Shown piece after piece: positions 8,409 to 14,378 of a stretch of DNA of 19,739 nucleotides. A program made the translations under genes and the position numbers. How positions within the stretch are numbered: the stretch's first letter is position 1; every line of letters starts with the position of its first letter. Below the pieces are notes generated by a model. It made no database searches, had not been told where the DNA came from, and was given only the letters and a program-made list of their open reading frames with translations. The DNA is from Candidatus Parcubacteria bacterium (GTDB lineage Bacteria; Patescibacteriota; Minisyncoccia; Phycocordibacterales; UBA918), in assembly GCA_046050355.1 (NCBI GenBank), contig JBJOPW010000016.1:1-19739 (forward strand). The letters are read 5' to 3'.

Positions 8409-8496
8409 TTCAGCCCGTTAGAAGTTGCAAAAAAGTACTATTTACTGCAGGAATATGTTCTGGCAACTTTATTAGGGCGACTTCTAACGGGCTAAA
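8409..8496. mobile_element. MITE-like element with terminal inverted repeats
   Basis: TTCAGCCCGTTAGAAGTTGC (8409-8428) versus the reverse complement of 8477-8496, TTTAGCCCGTTAGAAGTCGC: 18/20 match; non-coding interior. Confidence 0.7.
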
Positions 8497-9060
8497 TTAG
8501 TCGGGAATAACAGGAGAGTCACCTAAAGATTGCATCCGCGCATCCATAGCGGTTTGAATGAGTGACTGGAGCCCACGGGGGTCAGGCAACGCTGGCGAGG
8601 TGAAGTTGCTCTCGGCGGCACTCGCGGTCTGCGCCCGAATAGTGCCGAAGTTAAGCAGGGTAGGGATGATACCAGAAATGGTCACCTTGATATCCTGCAT
8701 GCGCTCGAGGCGGAAGTTACTGACTTTGCGATTGAAAAAGCTGATTTGTTCGATCACTATAATCCGTCGGTCTGTAATCACCCAGAGGTCGAGGTAGTAG
8801 TGGGTCCAAGACACCGTAGCGGCCATCACTGAGAGGAGAAGCCAGGTTGAAAGGAGGAAAATAATCACCGCCATATTATCGGCAAACAGATTAGCGATAT
8901 CGAGATTGAAAGGGAGGTTTAAGAGGAGGATACAACCAATGACGGGCAGTAACCCCATCATGACAATTGAGAGAAGTTCAATCACAATCACAAACCAATG
9001 TTTTCGTACAGTTCGTAGTACTTGCTCATCAGGTTCGAGTTCAATTTTGTCGTACAACAT
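8497..9060 (-). CDS. Membrane protein with bacterial PH (bPH_2/YdbS-like) domain
   Basis: LEPDEQVLRTVRKHW, two TM helices, then YYLDLWVITDRRII..EQ..FFNRKVS..RLERMQDI...LLNFGTIRAQTA. ATG 9060 lies 1 nt after the upstream stop. Confidence 0.85.
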   Translation of the reverse strand: MLYDKIELEPDEQVLRTVRKHWFVIVIELLSIVMMGLLPVIGCILLLNLPFNLDIANLFADNMAVIIFLLSTWLLLSVMAATVSWTHYYLDLWVITDRRIIVIEQISFFNRKVSNFRLERMQDIKVTISGIIPTLLNFGTIRAQTASAAESNFTSPALPDPRGLQSLIQTAMDARMQSLGDSPVIPD

Positions 9061-9061
9061 A

Positions 9062-9262
9062 TTATAAGAAAGCAATAGCGGCCATGACAATAAGGAGCGG
9101 AAGCGAGAAGAGGGCAAAGGCAGTGTATGTCTGCAGAGTCACCGCACTTGATACGGAATAACTCTGCCAGTGATAAAAGAGAACGGCGGTAAAAGTAGCG
9201 TAGACAATAGCGATAAGATAAAACCCGAGCTGCAGGAGGGGGGTGATAGAGAGTGCTTCCAT
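9062..9262 (-). CDS. Small two-TM hypothetical membrane protein
   Basis: 66 aa, two hydrophobic helices flanking YHWQSYS; fits tightly between prmC and the PH gene as an operon member. Confidence 0.75.
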   Translation of the reverse strand: MEALSITPLLQLGFYLIAIVYATFTAVLFYHWQSYSVSSAVTLQTYTAFALFSLPLLIVMAAIAFL

Positions 9263-9266
9263 ACGT

Positions 9267-10052
9267 TTATTCTGCCACAAGTGGCGTAAGGATGCTATAG
9301 CGGTATGTGTCGTATTGGTCGCAGTGGTGCGTGACGCTGAACTGGTGGGCTATAGCGAGTGCGGCAATCGCTTCGCATTGGAATGGTTCGTGCTCAATCC
9401 AGAGTTGTCCCTGGGGCGCGAGCGAAGCTCGCGCCCCAGCCATAATGCGCTCAATGATTTCCATACCATCTGCACCACCAAAGAGGCCGAGGTGCGGTTC
9501 GTGGAGAGCAACACTCTCCTCGACGGTATCTGCAGCTTTATCAATATAGGGAGGATTCGTCAGAATAAAATCAAAGGTTCCATCGATATTAGCAAACAAA
9601 TCACTCTCGACAGTAGGATATTTAATACTACTATATATAGTAGTATTTTCGGTGAGATTTTTTTTGATGGTAGGGAGGTGAGTAGGGTCAATCTCGGCAA
9701 AGGTGACCGAAGCCCCGGGAATGGCTTTGGCGACTGCCACCCCAATCGCACCACTACCGGCGCAGAGGTCGAGTACCCGAATCATCCCGAAGGGCGGTCC
9801 TTCGCGAAGGACCGCCCTTCGGGAGAAGTTTTTAATTATAGTGATAGCTTTTTCGACCCAGTACTCGGTCTCCGGGCGGGGGATGAGAGGATGGGAATCG
9901 AGATGGATAGTAGCATCGAGGAAGGGAATCGAGCCGATGATATACGCGAGTGGTTCACCGGCTTCGAGCCGGGCACAGTCGGCGAAAAAAGCCTCGCTTT
10001 TTTCGCCGTTATATTTCTCCCGCAGAAGCCACTCGATTTCTTGATTTTTCAT
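9267..10052 (-). CDS. prmC: Release factor glutamine methyltransferase (HemK)
   Basis: GEPLAYIIG, LIPRPETE, VLDLCAGSGAIG, LTNPPYI, HEPHLGLFGGADG. Start MKNQEIEWLLREKY at ATG 10052 with TGTTACTAT upstream. Confidence 0.95.
   Translation of the reverse strand: MKNQEIEWLLREKYNGEKSEAFFADCARLEAGEPLAYIIGSIPFLDATIHLDSHPLIPRPETEYWVEKAITIIKNFSRRAVLREGPPFGMIRVLDLCAGSGAIGVAVAKAIPGASVTFAEIDPTHLPTIKKNLTENTTIYSSIKYPTVESDLFANIDGTFDFILTNPPYIDKAADTVEESVALHEPHLGLFGGADGMEIIERIMAGARASLAPQGQLWIEHEPFQCEAIAALAIAHQFSVTHHCDQYDTYRYSILTPLVAE
9785..9824. repeat. Perfect 40-bp palindrome (REP-like doublet) inside prmC
   Basis: TCCCGAAGGGCGGTCCTTCG|CGAAGGACCGCCCTTCGGGA is its own reverse complement. Confidence 0.95.
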
Positions 10053-10114
10053 ATAATTTGTTGTATAGTAACAAATAGAAGCTGAATCTTCAACAACCAA
10101 CATGCGAGGAAAAA

Positions 10115-10852
10115 ATGTCTGCAATCGACAACCTGAAAGTTCGTATCGAAGCTGAACAAAATGCGCTGGACGAAGAACTGAAAGCCATGCTTGTCCAAGC
10201 AATGTTGCGGTGGAAACAAATCCAGCAAGAACTGCGTGGAGTGGTCGGCATGGATTATCTACCTCCGGCGCCAGATGCAGAACTCTTCATTAACACGCTC
10301 CGAACGATCATGTCGCTTGTCGATGGACGTGAGTGGGATGTGTTGAAGTCGTTGGGTTTTGATGGAGTCACTGCTAAGGCATGGCTCGAATTCGAAGTTG
10401 AGTCCGCTCCCAAGATTAATGGGAGGGAGATTCTCGAACTCATCTTTGGTCGGGCTTCAGCTCTCTTTGGTGATGTCGGGGTCTATGATTGGCTCCAAAG
10501 CAAATCACAAGACGTCGACGAAATCATTCGAGATGTTGAGGCGAGGGTGGCTGAAGCGTCTGGTCTTTCTCCCAAGGAACGTATAACTCTAAAAACCCGA
10601 CTTCGTGCAATTGAAGGCTTGTCTTCACGGATCAGGTATCAGCTGAGTCACAGCTTTCCCTACCTGGGTGATGTTTTGCTTGAAACTGAGGCTGGGGTGT
10701 TGCGTGAGCCAAACGTTGGTCGAAAATCCCTCAACGAGCTGAAAGAGTTTTTGCGTAGAAATGGTTTCCGACTCTCTGCTGATGGTGAGAAACGAAAAGC
10801 TGATCCGGAATTCGAAGAATTCCTAGACTGGAGAGCTCAACAAGGAGCTTGA
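10115..10852 (+). CDS. Hypothetical protein with C-terminal RNA polymerase alpha-CTD-like (HhH) domain
   Basis: LSSRIRYQL...YLGDVLLETEAGVLREPNVGRKSLNELKEFL aligns by eye to alpha-CTD LTVRSANCL...[31 protein letters not shown]. N-terminal part is unlike alpha-NTD. GAGG RBS and own terminator. Confidence 0.75.
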   Translation: MSAIDNLKVRIEAEQNALDEELKAMLVQAMLRWKQIQQELRGVVGMDYLPPAPDAELFINTLRTIMSLVDGREWDVLKSLGFDGVTAKAWLEFEVESAPKINGREILELIFGRASALFGDVGVYDWLQSKSQDVDEIIRDVEARVAEASGLSPKERITLKTRLRAIEGLSSRIRYQLSHSFPYLGDVLLETEAGVLREPNVGRKSLNELKEFLRRNGFRLSADGEKRKADPEFEEFLDWRAQQGA

Positions 10853-10868
10853 GTCAACAATCGCAAGA

Positions 10869-10898
10869 AAAGGGCGGTGCTTCGGCGCCGCCCTTTCT
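10869..10898 (+). terminator. Intrinsic terminator with C(UUCG)G tetraloop
   Basis: AAAGGGCGGTGC-TTCG-GCGCCGCCCTTT-CT. Confidence 0.85.
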
Positions 10899-10934
10899 AC
10901 GTCTTTAAAGAGTAAATCTGCTATACTGCTACTT

Positions 10935-11672
10935 ATGTCAGACACACCAATGTTAGAAATTAAAGACCTCGTGAAGGTTTATGGCAGTGGCGCAAAGGCG
11001 AAGCGAGCGGTTGATGGTATCTCACTTTCAATTCCGCGAGGAGCGTTTTTTGGACTCTTGGGCCCTAATGGTGCCGGGAAGTCGACCACCATCCACTGTA
11101 TTACCGGGATTGCCCAGCCAACCTCTGGCTCTATCACTATCGATGGTACTGACGTTGTGCAGGATTATAAGCGTGCTCGTACGAAGGTTGGCCTCTCACC
11201 ACAGGAGTTTAATGTTGATATCTTTTCGACTCCCGAGCAACTTATGGACTACATGGGTGGGTACTACGGTATTCCGCACGATGAACGCGTGAAGCGGGTG
11301 CATGAACTCATTAAGCGCTTTGATCTCGAAGCCCACCGTGATGTGAAGTTTCAAAAGCTCTCGGGTGGTCTCAAGCGCCGGGCCATGCTTGGCCGCGCAC
11401 TTGTGCATATGCCCGGACTCCTCATCCTCGATGAGCCAACTGCTGGAGTGGACGTTGAGCAGCGTCGTGACCTTTGGGCCTACCTCAAGGAGCTTAATGA
11501 TGCTGGTACGACTATCATTCTCACCTCCCACTACCTCGAGGAAATCCAGCAGCTTTGCAATCACATTGCGGTCATAAATCACGGGACAATTATTTGGAAT
11601 GGTACCAAGTCAGACTTTATGGCTGGAGGGAAGTCGGTTGAAGATAAATACTTAGAACTCCTCAAAAATTAA
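10935..11672 (+). CDS. ABC-2 type exporter ATP-binding protein (YadG-like)
   Basis: Walker A GPNGAGKST, signature LSGGLKRR, Walker B LLILDEPT, H-loop TSHY. TGCTATACT 7 nt upstream of ATG. Confidence 0.95.
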   Translation: MSDTPMLEIKDLVKVYGSGAKAKRAVDGISLSIPRGAFFGLLGPNGAGKSTTIHCITGIAQPTSGSITIDGTDVVQDYKRARTKVGLSPQEFNVDIFSTPEQLMDYMGGYYGIPHDERVKRVHELIKRFDLEAHRDVKFQKLSGGLKRRAMLGRALVHMPGLLILDEPTAGVDVEQRRDLWAYLKELNDAGTTIILTSHYLEEIQQLCNHIAVINHGTIIWNGTKSDFMAGGKSVEDKYLELLKN

Positions 11673-11679
11673 TCAACAT

Positions 11680-12591
11680 ATGAAAGAAAATTATCAAAAG
11701 CAACCGGATAAAGCTTTGTTGAATGAAATGCGAGGAGTGGGAGAGACTGCGACTGAGGCTTATCGTGTATACGATGAAGAGCAGGCTTCGAACCACAACA
11801 AAGCAGTTCGGCAACAGAGGTTTATCAGGACAAATTGGATAGGGTTATATACGATGGTCCGCCGCGAAGTAAAACGGACAATGCGAGTGGTAGTGCAGAC
11901 CCTGATTGCACCGGCTGTTTCAGCGGCACTCTACATTTTCATTTTTGGTACGGTGATTGGAAGTAAGATTGATGATTTTGCTGGTGTTCCGTATATATCA
12001 TTTGTATTCCCGGGTGTGCTTATGCTCTCGATTATTAATGCGTCGTTCTCGAGCGCCTCGTCCGCCCTCTACTTTATGCGCTTTACGCGCGGGATTGAAG
12101 AGATTCTTATCACCCCATTTTCGTACGTGGAGATGCTCATTGGATTTGTGGGGAGCGCGGTGGCGCGAGCGGTGATGGTGGCAGTTCTCATTCTCCTCGT
12201 TGGGCTGGCGTTTGGGGCAGTGAGCCTCGTCTCACCATTAGGATTCCTCTTGTATATTAGTGCAATTGCGGCAATATTTGCGATGCTTGGAATAGTAGTG
12301 GCGCTCTGGGCTGAGAGCTTTGAGCAGCTCCAGGTCCTTAATACCTTTGTCATTACGCCACTGACATACCTTGGGGGTATCTTTTATTCTATTACGATGC
12401 TGCCTCCGCTCGCTGCTACCATTACCCGCTACAACCCCTTCTTCTACTTTGCCGACGGGGTGCGCGGCAGCATGATCGGGTACCACGAAGCGAATACCAC
12501 GGTTGGATTTTTGGTGATTGGGGGACTGGTAGTCGGATTAGGAGTAATCGTGACTACTATGTTCCGCCGCGGTTGGAAAATCCGCTCATAG
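11680..12591 (+). CDS. ABC-2 type exporter permease (YadH-like)
   Basis: QTLIAPAVSAALYIFIFG, YISFVFPG, FVITPLTYLGGIFYSITMLP, NPFFYFADG; about six TM helices; directly follows the ATPase. Confidence 0.93.
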   Translation: MKENYQKQPDKALLNEMRGVGETATEAYRVYDEEQASNHNKAVRQQRFIRTNWIGLYTMVRREVKRTMRVVVQTLIAPAVSAALYIFIFGTVIGSKIDDFAGVPYISFVFPGVLMLSIINASFSSASSALYFMRFTRGIEEILITPFSYVEMLIGFVGSAVARAVMVAVLILLVGLAFGAVSLVSPLGFLLYISAIAAIFAMLGIVVALWAESFEQLQVLNTFVITPLTYLGGIFYSITMLPPLAATITRYNPFFYFADGVRGSMIGYHEANTTVGFLVIGGLVVGLGVIVTTMFRRGWKIRS

Positions 12592-12711
12592 GCCACAGTC
12601 CGGGAAACTACCTTGTTGTCTTCGCTAGAAAAAAGCTCACAGTACAAATCAGTACAGCTTGCTTTTTTCTAGCTCGACGTCTCGTATTTTCCTCCGCCTG
12701 AGTCCTATGAG
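12585..12711. repeat. Structured MITE/REP-like element, copy C
   Basis: Outer CTCATAGG/CCTATGAG and GGAAACTAC/GTATTTTCC. Core CCTTGTTGTC-TTC-GCTAGAAAAAAGC-TCACAGTAC-AAATCA-GTACAGCTT-GCTTTTTTCTAGC-TC-GACGTCTCG. Confidence 0.75.
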
Positions 12712-12775
12712 TAGTTGATTCAGTCCACAGTGATTACAAGCCCATAAGGACTCTGGCTGGTATGCTATAGGAAGT

Positions 12776-13801
12776 ATGAACACACAAGCAAAACTGTACG
12801 AAACAGTGGCTGCCATGATGGCGCCCGGCAAAGGTATTTTAGCAGCGGATGAAAGCGACGCGACAGCGGGGAAGCGGCTCGAGATGGTGCATCTCCCAAA
12901 TAGTCCCGAGAATCGTCAGGATTTTCGCGAACTCTTATTTACTGCCCCGGGTATCGAAGAGTATCTTTCTGGAGTCATTATGTACGATTCCTCAATGCGC
13001 ACCGCTACTGATGCGGGTGTCCCATTCCCAGATGTGCTCACCGCTAAAGGCATTTTGCCTGGTATCAAGGTAGATCTTGGTACTAAAGATCTCGATGGCT
13101 TCCCGGGGGAGGTAGTCACGCAAGGGCTTGATGGTCTTGAAGAGCGATTCCTTGAATACTACGACCTCGGTGCACGTTTTGCGAAGTGGCGAGCAGTTAT
13201 TACAATTGATGATGGTCTGCCTACCGATGCGTGCCTTGAAATGAACGCCACCATGCTCGCGCGGTACGCGCAGATTGCGCAGCGTTGCGGTATTGTTCCG
13301 ATGGTTGAACCAGAAGTAATTTTTGCTGGTGATCATGATATCGCAACAGCGGAGATGGTCACCACGCGCACTCTCCAGATTCTCTTCCAGACTTTGATAA
13401 AATACCGAGTTGATTTGGGGGGACTGATTCTGAAATCCTCGATGGTGCTTGCGGGTGATTTGTGTCGGGAACAATCGGTTCCAGCTGAGGTAGCAAATGC
13501 TACTCTACGTACTTTCCATATGTCCGTCCCGCATGAAGTTGGTGGTATTGTTTTTCTCTCAGGTGGTCAGTCGCCTAAGCGCTCGACAGAAAACCTCAAT
13601 GCGATTGGGAAAATGGGGGCGCAGCCGTGGCCAATTACATATTCCTACTCACGAGCGATTGAAGAACCATTTCTCGAAGCGTGGCAGGGTAAGCCTGAAA
13701 TGACCCAAGAAGCGCAGAAAGTCCTCCTCCATGCCTGTAAGATGAATAGTTTAGCGACTGAAGGGAAGTACGAAGTCACCCTTGATCAGATACTTAAATA
13801 A
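12776..13801 (+). CDS. Fructose-bisphosphate aldolase class I (eukaryote-like Schiff-base type)
   Basis: GKGILAADES, PGIKVD, GARFAKWR, VPMVEPEV, LKSSMV (Schiff-base Lys), FLSGGQS, TYSYSRA. Confidence 0.95.
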   Translation: MNTQAKLYETVAAMMAPGKGILAADESDATAGKRLEMVHLPNSPENRQDFRELLFTAPGIEEYLSGVIMYDSSMRTATDAGVPFPDVLTAKGILPGIKVDLGTKDLDGFPGEVVTQGLDGLEERFLEYYDLGARFAKWRAVITIDDGLPTDACLEMNATMLARYAQIAQRCGIVPMVEPEVIFAGDHDIATAEMVTTRTLQILFQTLIKYRVDLGGLILKSSMVLAGDLCREQSVPAEVANATLRTFHMSVPHEVGGIVFLSGGQSPKRSTENLNAIGKMGAQPWPITYSYSRAIEEPFLEAWQGKPEMTQEAQKVLLHACKMNSLATEGKYEVTLDQILK

Positions 13802-13835
13802 AGAAAAAACCTCGCTTGGCGAGGTTTTTTCTTTA
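13799..13835 (+). terminator. Intrinsic terminator after aldolase
   Basis: Perfect 17-bp stem TAAAGAAAAAACCTCGC / GCGAGGTTTTTTCTTTA. Confidence 0.9.
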
Positions 13836-13859
13836 CATCTTGAACAATGCTGGAAATGG

Positions 13860-13896
13860 CACCAAAAAGGCGTCCTTGGAAGGGACGCTTTTGGTG
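13860..13896 (-). terminator. Terminator-like hairpin downstream of rpmG
   Basis: CACCAAAAAGGCGTCCTT-GG-AAGGGACGCTTTTGGTG, with T tracts on both strands. Confidence 0.7.
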
Positions 13897-14032
13897 AAAG
13901 TTCGCTATTGTCGGCCTACTTCTACAAAGCGAGTTCAACTCAAGTTCTGTATAACGCGGATGGGGTCATTAGGGATAGACCCCACTCGCGGAAATTCGCC
14001 ATAGTCGCCCTACGGGCTCGTTGGCTCATTCC
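13896..14032 (-). repeat. Hairpin cluster with degenerate 24-bp direct repeat in the rpmG 3' region
   Basis: Hairpins at 13955-13990 and 13990-14032. GAAAGTTCGCTATTGTCGGCCTAC (13896-13919) resembles GAAATTCGCCATAGTCGCCCTAC (13991-14013). Confidence 0.6.
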
Positions 14033-14211
14033 TATTTCTTCTGCTTGTACTTCGTGTGCTTGCGGGCAACTGGGTTAAATTTGACCGTTTCGTACTTCTT
14101 GCTTGGGTCCTTCTTTACTTTGTTATTGTAACGGGTGTAGTAAACGTGACCTTTACCAACGCCGTTTTCGTCGCCGGCTGATACGAGTTTTACGAGTAAA
14201 TCTTGTGACAT
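14032..14211 (-). CDS. rpmG: 50S ribosomal protein L33 (Cys-free form)
   Basis: 59 aa, basic: VKLVS....G.GHVYYT..N...DPSKKYE..KFNPVARKHTKYKQKK matches the L33 pattern. ATG 14211. Confidence 0.88.
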   Translation of the reverse strand: MSQDLLVKLVSAGDENGVGKGHVYYTRYNNKVKKDPSKKYETVKFNPVARKHTKYKQKK

Positions 14212-14221
14212 AGTGGGGTGG

Positions 14222-14250
14222 ATTGTAGCAGAAAAGGCATTTTTCGTCAA
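14222..14250 (-). promoter_or_regulatory. Strong sigma70-type promoter of rpmG
   Basis: TTGACG (14250-14245), 17 nt, TACAAT (14227-14222) with TG extension; 10 nt to ATG. Confidence 0.75.
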
Positions 14251-14378
14251 TCTGGTTCGTATCAGTACAAGCAAAACAGAGTCTATCAACAGCCAATTTG
14301 GCTTTTTGGAGACCGGTCTTTCAACCCACATGCTACTATGAGGATGCGAACGTCAACAATGATTGGTGTGGTGCATTT

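Noticed and set aside
9243-10085. 280-aa plus-strand ORF
   Set aside because: Antisense shadow of prmC, which has all family motifs; no recognisable domain.
10115-10852. Call as rpoA
   Set aside because: No alpha N-terminal dimerisation domain, too short and divergent, and not in the rpsK-rpoA-rplQ context.
13896-14013. 24-bp direct repeat pair as a mini CRISPR array
   Set aside because: Only two degenerate copies, a ~71-bp structured spacer and no cas genes in the window.
13782-14078. 98-aa ORF between aldolase and rpmG
   Set aside because: Runs through two terminators and hairpins and overlaps both neighbours; likely spurious.
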